In this document: piece after piece, positions 30,476-48,420 of the stretch
How positions within the stretch are numbered: position 1 is the stretch's first letter
Layout of the letters: each line of letters begins with the position of its first letter
Assembly: GCA_951406725.2 (NCBI GenBank)
Contig: OX597833.1
Coordinates: 35,030,001-35,094,000 of the forward strand
Source of the DNA: Octopus vulgaris
Taxonomy: Eukaryota
Reading direction: 5' to 3'
Length of the DNA stretch: 64,000 nt
The notes under the pieces: generated by a model
Databases searched by the model: none
Told to the model about the DNA's origin: nothing
What the model saw: the letters and a program-made list of their open reading frames with translations, nothing else
Position numbers and translations under genes: made by a program

Positions 30476-30559
30476 ACATTCACACACACATGCACGCACG
30501 CATGCACACATACACACTCACACATGTAAGAATATGTATGCGTGTGTATCTATGTGTCT

Positions 30560-31505
30560 GTGTATGTTTTTGTATGTATGTATGTATATATGCATGTATT
30601 TATGTATGTATGTATGTATGTATGTATGTATGTATGTATGTATGTATGCATGTATGTATGTATGTATGTATGTATATATGTTTGTATGTATGCATGTATG
30701 TATGAATGTATGTATGTATGTATGCATGTATGTATGTATGTATGTATGTATGTTTGCATGCATGCATATATGTATGTATGTATGTGTGTATGTATGTATG
30801 TATGCATGCATGCATATATGCATGTATTTATGCATATATGCATGTATGTATGCATGTATTTATGTATGTATGTATGTATGTATGTATGCATGTATGTATG
30901 TATGTATGTATGTATGTTTGTATGTATGTATGTATGTATGTATGTATGAATGTATGTATGTATGTATGTATGTATGAACGTATGTATGTATGCATGCATG
31001 TATGTATGTATGTATGTATGTATGTATGTATGTATGTATGTATGTATGTATGTATGTATGTATGTATGTATGAGTGTATGTATGTATGAATGTATGTATG
31101 TATGTATGTATGTATGTATATATGTATGTATGTATGTATGAATGTATGTATGTATGCATGTATGTAAATATGTATGCATGTATGTATGAATACATGTATG
31201 TATGTATGAATGTATGTATGTATGAATGTATGAATGTATGTATGTATGTATGTATGAATGTATGTATGAATGTATGTATGTATGTATGTATGTATGTATG
31301 TATGTATGTATGAATGTATGTATGAATGTATGAATGTATGTATGTACGTATGAATGTATGTATGAATGTATGTATGTATGTATGTATGTATGAATGAATG
31401 TATGTATGAATGTATGAATGTATGTATGTACGTATGAATGTATGTATGAATGTATGTATGTATGTATGTATATATGTATGTATGTATGTATGAATGTATG
31501 TATGT
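30560..31505. repeat. (TATG)n degenerate array
   Basis: Direct reading. Confidence 0.95.
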
Positions 31506-31667
31506 TTGTGATGTGTGTGTATGCATGCCTTTGTACATATGCTTGTATACATGTGCGTGTGTGTATTAGTGTTTATCTCCTTACCACATGGTATAGATGG
31601 TGATCAGTTTACTTCAGCAAAATTAGCGTTTCGGCAAAAGAGACCGATAGAATAAGTGCTAACTTAA

Positions 31668-31746
<79 letters not shown>

Positions 31747-31988
31747 GTATTGAGATCGATTTATTCGCTGATCGCTTCAAGGTTTTGACGGAACACCCCA
31801 GCATGGGCGCAGTCTAATGTCTGACGCAAAAGTAAGCACACAAACACACACACACACACACATGAGTGTGTATATATATATGTTTGTGTGTATGTGTGTG
31901 TGTATGTGTGTGTATATATATTTGTATATATATATATGTACATATATACGTAGGTATATATATGTGCGTGTGCATATATATATATATG

Positions 31989-32070
<82 letters not shown>

Positions 32071-32198
32071 AGTATTTATATATATATGAATATGTATATG
32101 TGTATATATATTCATATGTATATATATATGTATATATTATATACATATATGTATATATATATTTATTTATATATAAAGATAGATATATATATATTTAT

Positions 32199-32243
<45 letters not shown>

Positions 32244-33083
32244 CATAGATATATGCATTCATATGTGTATATGCATGTATGTATATGCGTGAATGTATTC
32301 ACGTATGCAAATATATATGTATGCATATTTTTACCTTAATGTGTTTGCTTATGATAACCTTTCTCCATATGTGTACATGTGTGTGTGGTGGTGGAGGATA
32401 GGAGTGGAGGTCTGAGCGCACGCGTATGTACAAGCGGGCGTCAATATTACATCAGCTTACAGTGCATCTCATTTTCTGACTATGTAATTCCATGCACGTT
32501 TCAGCTTACCTGTAGTTTTGGAAGTCGGTCTTTTATAGTTATCTCCCTTGAACTAAGTCGCTCGTTCTTCTCCAGTACTGCAATACAAAATATACACGTA
32601 TATATGTATTAATGTAAGTATGTATGTATGTATGTATGTATGTATGTATGTATGTATGTATGTATGTATGCAAGCATGTATGTATGTATGTATGTATGTA
32701 TGTATGTATGTATGTATATATCTCTCTCCCTCTCTCTCTTTATATACGCACAAATATATATACAAATTTGATAGAACGTGAAATAATTCTTTTTTTTCAA
32801 TATTGAATATTGAAGAAAAGACATAATGCAACAATTAAATATTGTAATTATGGAAATATGTAAATATTGGGTTAAAAACCCTTTTTGGAGAGAAGTCGGA
32901 GGCTGCCAGTGGAAATCGAACCCACAAGTCTTGTTGAGAGGCAGGGCAGCCTTCAGCTTTGTCTATCGAATATCAACCCAATTTTTACATGCTATTATTT
33001 ATAACTTACTGTCTGCTTTCAGATCCACTAATGCACAAAAAGAATTATATACATGTGTGTGAGTATATTGAGAGTGATAGGTT

Positions 33084-33204
<121 letters not shown>

Positions 33205-33412
33205 CTGGGATATGAACTATGGGCCTGTACCTTTATGAAAGTACCGACCATCATCCATATCATCTGGAAAAAAGATGAGTTGTGAACATTATTCTCCTGC
33301 CTATATTCTTCTAACTACTTTTCTTCTTTATTCTTTTATTTTATTCCTTATCAACTGTGAATTTTACTCCTCATAAACTGTAAATTTTCTCTGCCTAAAA
33401 TATTCATACCTT

Positions 33413-33488
33413 GTCTCTGATGACGGAATGCACAGTCTGTGGACATGCTAAACTACCTCTTGTGTTATCCCAGAAACGGCTGTAAGGC
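33413..33488 (+). ncRNA. Type I hammerhead with long stem II
   Basis: GUCU-CUGAUGA-cGGA.GCACA...UGUGU.UCCca-GAAA-CGGCUG-UA-AGGC; palindromic stem III; GUA cleavage after 33484. Confidence 0.7.
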
Positions 33489-33633
33489 TTCACATTCACC
33501 GTACACTACTTAAATTCTTCTGAATGATTCGAGATACCTATTCTGCGTTCGCTTTTGATTTTTCCACTAATATAATAATATAATAAATATAATAATATAA
33601 TAAATATAATAATATAATAAATATTATATAAAA

Positions 33634-33697
<64 letters not shown>

Positions 33698-33939
33698 GCA
33701 ATAAGTATGTATATAATTGATTAGTACTACTATAGGGTAGTCCTGATCAAAAAGTGTAATTGCTCAAAATTTGTTTTAGAATGTTCCTTTTTCAGAGTAA
33801 TGGACAACGGGCTCATTATACATACATATATGTACGTATACATACAAATACACACACACACACACACACACACATACATACACACACACACACTCACATA
33901 CACATATACATACACTCACGTATACATGTACACATATAC

Positions 33940-34205
33940 AATGTGGATGTAGAACTAGACATTCTTCTCTCCACAATACCGGATGAAACAACGGTCAGAT
34001 ATAATGTACAGATGAGGGCTGTGTTGTCAAACTCCCTCATAAAACAAATGCGGCAACAACCAGGGTAAAAGCATGTGCAGGAGTGGTGATGCGAAACCCC
34101 ACAACCCCAAAGATATCAGCCACAGAAGAGTCGCACATAAAAGTGCAAAATCATGGTAGTACCGTGGCATGGCCGTAGCCGCTTGACTAAAACGAATAAA
34201 AGAAT
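33940..34205 (+). mobile_element. 3' end of CR1/L2-group LINE (relative of the 48568 element)
   Basis: LDILLSTIPDETT..QMRAVLSNSLIKQ aligns with LDLFLLGVPDEPT..QMRAAASNSLVDQ; ends in a GCATGGCCG tail. Confidence 0.7.
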
Positions 34206-34432
34206 ACACAGGTACTTGCATCCATCCATCCATCCATCCATCCATCCATCAATCCATCCATCCATCCATCCATCCATCCATACATGCATACATACGTACT
34301 TACATCGTTCCATAATACATACATGCATAGATACATGCATATATATATACACACACACACATATATAACCATATATAAGTGTATGTAAATATACATATAT
34401 ATATATATACATACATACATTCATACATACAT

Positions 34433-34483
<51 letters not shown>

Positions 34484-34495
34484 TGTATATATGTG

Positions 34496-34567
<72 letters not shown>

Positions 34568-34649
34568 GCTTCCATATTTCCTGAGCGCCTATTAATAATA
34601 ATACTGTAATTGTTCCACTGTTGTTGTTTTTTTGTTTTCCCGTTTGGAT

Positions 34650-34707
<58 letters not shown>

Positions 34708-35004
34708 TGTATACATGTGGGTATTAATGGAACTGGTCTTGCTGCAGAAATTGCTAAAGATGTCAGAGATGCTACTGCTATAAACCAATAGCGATACAAG
34801 GGATAAAATATAAGAAAAAAATCTCACTTATGAATACGTGAAAAAGCATTGCAGATGGTTTGCATTATCGCTTCTTCCTTGCCATCTCCATTGCATCTGA
34901 AATGCAGTCATACACTGGTGTGTATGTGTCCTAGTATATTTGCTCGCGTCATGTATTGCGTGCATTTCTGTATGAGTCTGGTTGCATATATATATATATA
35001 TATA

Positions 35005-35266
35005 TATCTATACAATATGTTACATTACTCGGTAGTCAAGATAAAACTCTGAGTTTCAGATGCCGAAGTGGAAATCCACAACACCATCTCTTCGGTTATC
35101 TGGCTACAGATAACCGAAGAGATGGTGTTGTGGATTTCCACTTCGGCATCTGAAACTCAGAGTTTTATCTTGACTACCGAGTAATGTAACATATTGTATA
35201 GATAAATTTCCTCTATTTACATAATATTGAGGTCTCTTTCTTTCTTTTGTTATCTTACCGTTTTAT

Positions 35267-35270
<4 letters not shown>
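35005..35270 (+). mobile_element. Hairpin mini-element family H2: perfect 98-bp palindrome + 65-bp tail
   Basis: 35005-35102 is the exact reverse complement of 35107-35204, loop GCTA; flanked by (TA)n. Confidence 0.92.
35108..35170 (+). ncRNA. Hammerhead motif, CCGAAGA core (mirror copy 35039-35101 on minus strand)
   Basis: AGAUAA-CCGAAGA-GAUG...CAUC-u-GAAA-CUC(a)GAG-UU-UUAUCU; perfect 6-bp stem I. Confidence 0.78.
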
Positions 35271-35301
<31 letters not shown>

Positions 35302-35347
35302 TAGATAGGTAGATATATACACATATACATATATGCATATATGTGTA

Positions 35348-35405
<58 letters not shown>

Positions 35406-35451
35406 ATCTATCTGTCTATCTATCTATATTCATACATAGATACATACATAC

Positions 35452-35502
<51 letters not shown>

Positions 35503-35635
35503 TACACATGCACATAGCCCTCTCCACCACACATACGTATATATATGTATGTATGCATAGTCATATATATATATATATGTATATACACATGTATATGTAT
35601 GTATATGTATGTATATGTATGTATATGTATGTATA

Positions 35636-35700
<65 letters not shown>

Positions 35701-36371
35701 GTTTGTTGTTCATACACCTGTCTTCGTCTTTTTGTTTGTAAATTCCAAGTATATCTATGTATGTATTGTTATATGTCTATAAATAAATGTGCATTTCTGT
35801 AAGCATGTATATGTGTGAGTGTTTGCATATGTATATGTTGTATCTCTCTCTCCCTCTCTCTGTTTATGTGTATATGTGTGACGATGATGGTAGAGTGATT
35901 TGCTGTTAGCATCATCGTCCTAAGAATACATATCGTTTCATAAAAAATGTTCTATTCTGTCCTTTGTAAAACTGATTGCAAATGCACATATAGTTATAAT
36001 TACACTAGTATTCCTAACTGCAGAGGGAGTATGAATATTAATTATTATAATAAGTAACCAATATTATGAATTATAGGTACAAATTAAATAGCAGGGACTT
36101 ATGTAGACAAGAGTAAGCACTAAAATGTCGGCCAGAATTGCTTATAGTGTAAGAACTGAAAAGAAAAAAAATAACGAGATTTTTTCGATGTTGGTGTGGA
36201 ATTTTCATAAACGAAGAACTTAAGACTTCGAAGTATCACTCAGTGTTTATGTTGCTGGATAGAAGCAAAGCGGATAATTTCTCTTTCCGTAAGGGCTTCG
36301 ATATTTAATCAACTTACTACAGTTTCTAATTACAAATCTAGAATCTGCTGAAATATTACGATATCGACACG

Positions 36372-36405
<34 letters not shown>

Positions 36406-36484
36406 CACACATGCACACACGCCTATATAAATATCTATCTATATCTTACTATCTGTCTGTCTGTCTATCTGTCTGTATGTCTGT

Positions 36485-36557
<73 letters not shown>

Positions 36558-36589
36558 GATATATATATATATATCTTTTATTTTTTATC

Positions 36590-36960
36590 TTTTACTTGTT
36601 AGATTCATTTGACTGCGGCCATAATGGTGCACCCCCTTGAAAGAGTTCAGCTAAAGCAATAGAACACAGGACTTATATTTTAGGAACCTAGTATTTATTC
36701 TATCGGCCTCTTTCGCTGAATCTCTAAGTTACGGGGTTGTAAACATACCAACACCGGTTTTCAAGCGGTGGTGGGGGACAAACACAGACATAACGAAATA
36801 CCACACATAGATATATATATATACATATATATACATACGACGGGCTTCTTTAAGTCTTCATCTACCGAATCCACTCACAAGTCCTTAGTCGGGGATGGTG
36901 ATACACAGTGAGACTGACCCCGGGACAATGTGGTCGGAATGTAAATTTCTTATCACACAA
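36590..36960 (-). mobile_element. SINE family A
   Basis: Reverse copy. Confidence 0.75.
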
Positions 36961-36970
36961 CACCGAATGC

Positions 36971-37043
<73 letters not shown>

Positions 37044-37231
37044 GCATACGTGTATATATGTACAAGTATGTCTGTACAACTATATATTCTATATACGAAT
37101 CTATGAATATATATCTATACACACACACACACGCACATATATGTATACGCACATTTATATACCTAAATATACATAAATAGATACATGTAAGACGTACACA
37201 CACATTAAACATAAGCAAAAATATATAAACC

Positions 37232-37269
<38 letters not shown>

Positions 37270-37380
37270 GTATGCACGTATATTCATATATAGGTACAGT
37301 ACATAGATAAATGCATACATATATCAGACACACGCGTATCTGTACATCTGTACATTCTATATAGAAATCTAAGAGAATAT

Positions 37381-37462
<82 letters not shown>

Positions 37463-37553
37463 TTATATATATATATATATGTATGTATGTGTGTGTATAT
37501 ATATATATATAAATATAAATATACATACATATATCGGTGTGTGTGTCTGTGTA

Positions 37554-37611
<58 letters not shown>

Positions 37612-37612
<1 letters not shown>

Positions 37613-37948
37613 TTTGTAAGCTTAGTACTTATTCTATTCTCTCTATTGCCGAACCGCTATGCAACGTAAACACACAGACATCGGTTGGCAAGCGGAACAC
37701 AGACATATAGACACATACACATGTATATATACACGCACACACGCACACACACACACGCGCGCGCGCACGCACACACAAACACACACACACACACACACAC
37801 AACAGTTTTCTTTCATTTTTACCTTTACCAAATCCACTCACAACGTTTTGGTAGGCCTGAGGCTATAGTAGGAGACACCCACTCAAGGTACCACGCAGTG
37901 GGACTGAAACTGGAACCGTGTGGTTGAGAAAGAAGCTTCTTACCGCAT
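37612..37948 (-). mobile_element. SINE family A
   Basis: Reverse copy with (CA)n. Confidence 0.75.
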
Positions 37949-37997
37949 GAATATATCTACATATATTTATATAAATACATATAAATGTACATGTATG

Positions 37998-38059
<62 letters not shown>

Positions 38060-38208
38060 TACATACATGTACATATATATATGTATTTATATAAATATAT
38101 ATACATATATTTATATAAACACACACACACACACATTTTTTTTTCTTCTTTTTCTTTCCTTTTTTTCTATTTTCAGCTCAGAGCTGCGGCCATGCTGATG
38201 CACCGCCG

Positions 38209-38683
<475 letters not shown>

Positions 38684-38714
38684 AATATATATAAATATAT
38701 ATATATATAATAAA

Positions 38715-39945
38715 TATTAGGGAATAAATCCAAACTTACAGGGAAAAATCAGATTTAGGATTGAATCCAATTTTATAGTAAAATATTATATTATATTAAA
38801 TTAGAGACAAAACCACTATTAGGCAAATCAAACAATGACAAACTTAAGCCAATACATATGATTAATTTATATTAATTAGATATATAACAAAATTATTAAA
38901 AATATATAATTAATATGAAATATGTATTGAAATATGCAGACGACATCAAGCTGTACCTTGAAATCAAGGGGACAGATCCTGATGTCTACAACTCTTTCCT
39001 GCAATCAGACCTAGACACAATGCAGCAATGGATCACAGACTGGCAACTGAAACTGGCTGTGGACAAGTGTACCACCATGCATTTTGGGAGAAAAAACCCT
39101 GCGTTCACATACTCCCTCCACAACACTGATATCAAGAAATCCTCTTGTGAGCGTGACCTAGGCATCACTGTCAGCAGTGATTTGCGTTGGTCAAAGCATA
39201 TCTCTAAGATTGTCAGGAAGGCCGAGGGTGTCTTGGCATCACTCAGCAGGTCTTTTGTTAGCCGCTCTCCAGCCATCTATTTAAAACTGTATACAGCTAT
39301 GGTACGACCACACTTGGAATTCGCATCATCAGTTTGGAACCCCTATCTTGCACAGAACATTGACCTCCTGGAATCTGTCCAGAGACGTGCAACCAAACGC
39401 ATACCCTCCATCAGACACCTACCATATTCTGAGCGCCTTGTTTCCCTGGGCATGGATTCACTGAAGCTCCGGCGTTTGGCGACGGACTTGGTAAACACCC
39501 ACAAAGTTATCAACCACCTCACCAACAACAACACTGAACACCTTTTTGATCTCCATGTGTCTAACACACGTGGACATGCCTACAAAGTCAGAAAACAATA
39601 CAGCTCCCATGACTTTCGGAAACATTTTTTCACGCTCAGAATTGCTGAAGCATGGAATAAACTGCCTGCGTCAGTTGTTGACTGCCATGACACTGCATCT
39701 TTTAAGGCCCTCATGCTTTCCGAAATACGCCGAAACTACACCTGATTATATATACACTTTAGATGAGTTGTAGTGCACCTGAGCACTGTACACAATTATT
39801 ATTATTATTATTATTATTAATATTAATTATATTTTTTTTAATAATTTTGTTATATATTTAAATAATATAAATTAATCATATGTTTTGGCTTAAGTTTTTC
39901 ATTGTTTGATTTGCCTAATAGTGGTTTTGTCTCTAATTTAATATA
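38715..39945. repeat. ~130-bp inverted repeat pair (hairpin element H5) split by a LINE
   Basis: 38790-38916 is an inverted copy of 39818-39945; one-sided tail 38715-38790. Confidence 0.85.
38917..39815 (+). mobile_element. 5'-truncated CR1-like LINE; uninterrupted RT C-terminal frame (38915-39745)
   Basis: YADDIKL, LQSDLD..W..WQL, ERDLGI, LYTAMVRPHLEFA..WNP, NTRGH..K, FF..R..WNKLP; (ATT)n tail; candidate TSD ATTAATAT. Confidence 0.9.
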
Positions 39946-39957
39946 AATATATATATA

Positions 39958-40000
<43 letters not shown>

Positions 40001-40338
40001 CTATATAAATAAACACATACACATTTATATATATATATACACACACACATACATACATATATATGGTTCTGAATAAAAAAATTATCAGATTTTATAATAC
40101 ATTATCCGGAAATATATGAATCTAATTGTAATATCTCTTAGAGTTCAGAAAATTTTTATCTATTTTTATCTGTTTGGCCTGACAAAGTGTTTCTTTCACC
40201 ATTTTTTTAACGATAATACGTTTTTAGTGGAAAGGAAGTTTTATGATTATGAATCTATATCATTAAATGAGATTATAAAATTAAAATTATAAACTGAGGT
40301 GTATACTCGAGAAATTCTCGAAACACCACGATTTTCGA

Positions 40339-42397
<2,059 letters not shown>

Positions 42398-42517
42398 TTA
42401 AGTTGTCAATAATATTCTTGTACTCTACAAAAAGGATTGAATACTCCTTTGGTTTAATGTGGAATCGTTCATTATGTTACTTAACATAAAAACAAAAATT
42501 TATATAAATATATATAA

Positions 42518-42569
<52 letters not shown>

Positions 42570-42796
42570 GTGCGCGTGTATGCATAAACGCACACACACA
42601 CACACATATACACACGTAAAAACACAAATATATATATGCAAGCAGAGATGAATAAGAGAGAGTGAATACATGGATTGAACGACATTCTTTATTTCATACC
42701 CAGTATTTCCGCTTTATGATGGCACTTCGTCTACATCCATGGATGTGCTTTGAGTAGTTCACCACAAGGTTTTTACCCAGATATTATCGAACTGCG

Positions 42797-42827
<31 letters not shown>

Positions 42828-42976
42828 TCATACATTCATACATATGTATACATACATCTCTATATATGTATGTACATATATATATTCAAACATATATAGA
42901 CCTGCATCTATATATATATATATGTGTGTGTGTAGATATATATGCATAAACACACATCTATGCAAATGTATATGTG

Positions 42977-43008
<32 letters not shown>

Positions 43009-43026
43009 TGTATGTATGTATGTATG

Positions 43027-43086
<60 letters not shown>

Positions 43087-43139
43087 AATATATCTATCTA
43101 TATATTTATATTGATATATATATATATACTCTTAGTCTT

Positions 43140-43526
43140 TTACTCTTTTACTTGTTTCAGTCATTAGTCTGCTGTCAAGCTGGACCATCGCCTTGAATTT
43201 GTAGTTGAATGACTCGGCCCCATTATTTATTCAACTGTTAAAGCCTGGTTTTTATTCTATCGGACTCTTTCCCGAAACGCTCGGTTACGGGGACATAAAC
43301 AAACCTATCACTGACTGTCTACCGGTGGTGAGAGACAAACACAGACAAAAAGACATACACACATATATATTTACAATGGGCTTCTATCAGTTTCCGTGTA
43401 CCTAGTCCACTCATATGGCTTTGTTTGGCCCGAGGCTATAGTAGGAGAGACTTGCCCAAGTTGCCACGCACTGGGACTGAACCCGGAATTATGTGTTTGG
43501 TAAGCAAACTTCTTACCACACAGTCA

Positions 43527-43527
<1 letters not shown>
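43140..43527 (-). mobile_element. SINE family A
   Basis: Reverse copy including CORE-like CTTGGGCAAGTCTCT. Confidence 0.8.
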
Positions 43528-43562
<35 letters not shown>

Positions 43563-43598
43563 GTATATATATATATTTTTAATGTTTAAAAGTGTGTG

Positions 43599-43649
<51 letters not shown>

Positions 43650-43780
43650 GTATATATATATATATATGTATATATATCAATATACATACATTAATTTTAA
43701 ATATAAAAGCAAGAGATAAAAATAATGATGGTGATGATGATAATAATGATAATAATGATAACAACAACAACAACAACAAC

Positions 43781-43840
<60 letters not shown>

Positions 43841-44043
43841 CATGATAATAATAAGGACAACTCAACAGGTTGTGTGCAGCGAATGGAGACCCCGCGTATG
43901 TGTTCTAATTTTCTAATAAAACTTTATTCTGTAAACGTGGAATAGAGACGAATCGTTTGAATATTATTTTTATTGTTTTGTATTCAGAACTTTTAAAATT
44001 GGAGACGTGATTACAGATTCCCAGCATATATATATACATACAC

Positions 44044-44092
<49 letters not shown>

Positions 44093-44110
44093 CATAGACA
44101 CACACACACA

Positions 44111-44201
<91 letters not shown>

Positions 44202-44252
44202 TATCTATATGTATGCAAATATATGTATACATATATACATATATATACATAC

Positions 44253-44294
<42 letters not shown>

Positions 44295-44393
44295 GTATAT
44301 AAATATATATATTGTACATATATATGCATTCACACCTATATATACGTGTATATATTTATACATATATATATACATAAAGATATATATGTATGC

Positions 44394-44472
<79 letters not shown>

Positions 44473-44475
44473 TAA

Positions 44476-44516
<41 letters not shown>

Positions 44517-44765
44517 AATACATGGAAAGAGCAAGAGAGAGAGAGGAGGGAAAAGGAGAAACTGAAAGAGTATGAGGTAGATTGATATGCGTGTGATGTG
44601 TGTGTTTGTAATGTGTATGTATATGAATGTGTGCATACATGCATACACACGCATATACACACACACTTATAAATATATTTCCATAGCAGCAAAATTGTAT
44701 ATATACATACATACATACATACATATATACATACATACATACATACATACATACATACATACATA

Positions 44766-45418
44766 CATGATGGCTGCCCCCTCGTTATCGAGTATGGCCA
44801 CTGCACGAAGCTTAACTGTTATTGGTGCTGTGATCGAATGTGACTTTTATTTACTTTTTAAGGCTACAGCCAGCCATTCAGTTGAGTCTCACATCACTAT
44901 CAACAATCATGAACAATGTTGTTATCGTGCAATGCCTGTGCAAAAAGATTTTTTTTAAAGTGAGGAAAGGCTGTGCACTGAGTCAATCCCACTCACTAAG
45001 CAACAGCAGCCATAATCCGAAAAGAAGAACAAGTCAACATCGTCGGTAACCACTGAGCCGCAGGTTTTATGTCGGAGTTATCCCAGTTACCTGAGTTACC
45101 TTCTCCTAGAAGGATGCCCTAACAAGGGCTAGGAGTCCTTCACTTCCAATGGTTTAACCGCGCGATCGGGTATTCAGTCCAAATATTTCTATGTCCCCGC
45201 GCATGATACCTCCTTAAGGCATTTATTGGATGGCCGTTGACTCTCAAGAGTTCCTCCGCCCTTTGACGGGTTTTGTTTTTCATTTCGCAGGGTGTCCAAT
45301 AAACACCCTCCTCACCAAGCAAGCTTGGCGGGGTTGCCGGTTTAGTCGCCGACGACCCGACTATGCAACAGGTTGTACTGGGTTACATGTTACCAGTAGC
45401 ACTCGAAAGTGACCTGAC
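44766..45418 (-). mobile_element. Non-autonomous RTE-derived element in (TACA)n
   Basis: Minus strand RTE-type 5'UTR text GGCATCCTTCTAGGAGAAGGTAACTC..AAAACC; 3' end CTCGATAACGAGGGGGCAGCCATCAT. Confidence 0.6.
45337..45401 (-). ncRNA. HDV-like ribozyme remnant
   Basis: Order P1(uGCUAc)-J1/2-P2(CCAGU)-P3(aCA)-aCCugu-UGC-P1'(aUAGUc)-GG-P4(UCG ucgg CGA)-CUAA-P2'(ACCGG); several mismatches. Confidence 0.5.
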
Positions 45419-45447
45419 ACACATACATACATACATACATACATACA

Positions 45448-45480
<33 letters not shown>

Positions 45481-45487
45481 CTATATA

Positions 45488-45541
<54 letters not shown>

Positions 45542-45935
45542 ACAAGATAAGGGCAGAAGGCATTTTAAAGGCATTTTTTTGATATGCTGGCCATTGATAA
45601 AATTTTTTTCCCGAAAAATTTTTTATCCTATATCAATTATATATATATATATATTTATATAAAAAAATATACGTATACCTATACATACATACGTACGTAA
45701 ATATATATGTATATATATAAATAGATTAATGAATGAGTAGAGATGGCTTGAGGGGATAAGGCCGTCTCTGCTTCTCCTTTCAAATATATATAATAATGTA
45801 CCAAGACGTTTCACGTTATTAATCTACTATGTGTATATATATATACGAGTATATACACATACACACACATAATATATGCTCAGCCTCCTTGTGCTTATGT
45901 GCAACAGTATTCATCTAACCATCTCTCTCTATCTA

Positions 45936-45992
<57 letters not shown>

Positions 45993-46011
45993 CTATACAC
46001 ATACACACATA

Positions 46012-46061
<50 letters not shown>

Positions 46062-46239
46062 TTCAACAGGTGAAATCTAGAATCTCACAATATAGAAAAC
46101 ACTTAGTAGTGTTCAAATTATTGAGAAGAAAGTCCACGAGATAAAGAATGGGTTTTAAAGAAATCCAGGTGGTTTGATATGGAAATAGTTACACACACAA
46201 GTAGGGTTGATACATACATACATACATACATACATACAT

Positions 46240-46276
<37 letters not shown>

Positions 46277-46319
46277 TACACACACACACATATATATATA
46301 TTAATATACACGTATACCT

Positions 46320-46500
46320 AAGCTTAGCAGTATTTCGTCTGCCGCTACGTTCTGAGTTCAAATTCCACTGAGGTCAACTTTATCTTTCTGTCCTTTCGGT
46401 GTCGACATAATAAGTACCAAGTGAACACTGAGGTCACTGTAGTCGACTTACCCTTTCGCGAAAAAAGAATTGATGGCTTTATACCAAAATCTAGAACCAA
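46320..46500 (+). mobile_element. SINE family B, 5'-truncated
   Basis: CGTTCTGAGTTCAAATTCC core. Confidence 0.75.
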
Positions 46501-47174
46501 TATTCAAAGCAGTTATGAATGTTTGCAGATGAACATGTGCAGATAAATAAGCTGAATGTGTATTATGAGAAATATATCAACGTGTATATTTTGTGGCACA
46601 AATTATACAATACTTCACGACACAACATCAAATACTCTCATATGTTTCTCTATTTCATCATCAATGAAAATGTGAGGGAGAGAAGGAGCTCTGTTAGAGA
46701 ATTGAGGTGAGAAGATAAGAGAAGGGAATTAAATTGTCAAGCAGGTGTTCGCAGTACCAACAATTGTTTATAAATATGATTTTCTACATTAATTTAAATA
46801 TCCTCCGCGCTAGGTGGTGCCTTCTGAAAATTTATTCGGAATCTCTTCCTCCATCACTTCGCCATTGTCAGATATTTAACACAAAATGGCGCGAGATTTC
46901 AGCGTCTTCGTGGCTGACAAAATTTCCTTCGTGAACATTCGATTACTGCTCTCATACTCTCTCTTTGTCAAGCGCTTTTAATTAAACTAACATTTTACAG
47001 TGTTAATCTATATGTTTACAAATACTGAACGCACGGGGCTTGCGCACACACACACATCATGCATGTTTATATTTAATAAGGTGGGCATATTATATACCTG
47101 TATCTGTATGTGTGTGTATGTATATATAATATATAAGTATGATATATACATATATATATATATGTGTGTTTGTG

Positions 47175-47234
<60 letters not shown>

Positions 47235-47257
47235 TAATATTCTTTTATTCTTTTACT

Positions 47258-47757
<500 letters not shown>

Positions 47758-47759
47758 CA

Positions 47760-47849
<90 letters not shown>

Positions 47850-47873
47850 TACATATATACATATATACATATT

Positions 47874-47979
<106 letters not shown>

Positions 47980-48003
47980 TATAAAGGGAGAGAGCGAGAG
48001 AGC

Positions 48004-48035
<32 letters not shown>

Positions 48036-48420
48036 CAGGGAGAGAATATGAGGATAAAATCACATATAAAATGCATAGGTAATTAATACATTAAATTGAT
48101 AATTATACGCATATGTATATAATTATATTAAGGGAGCAATGACTGGAAAGATCTATCTCTAGCATGCTTGAAATGTGGAGGCACTCAAAAACTACCAAAA
48201 ACTTCAAATTTTAAGTATTTTAACATGTTCATCGTTTTGAGAATATTGGTGGCTCTTTGAAACATAATGGACGCATCTGTAGTTATCTCAAATAGTTTCA
48301 ATCTACATGACCCTTCGGGGAGTGGGGGTGTCTATGTAAGATTTTGTCGTTTTGTGCAATAACTTGGTTATACTGTTACAATACACGAAATAGTTTAACA
48401 ATTTTGCTTAAACAATTTCT

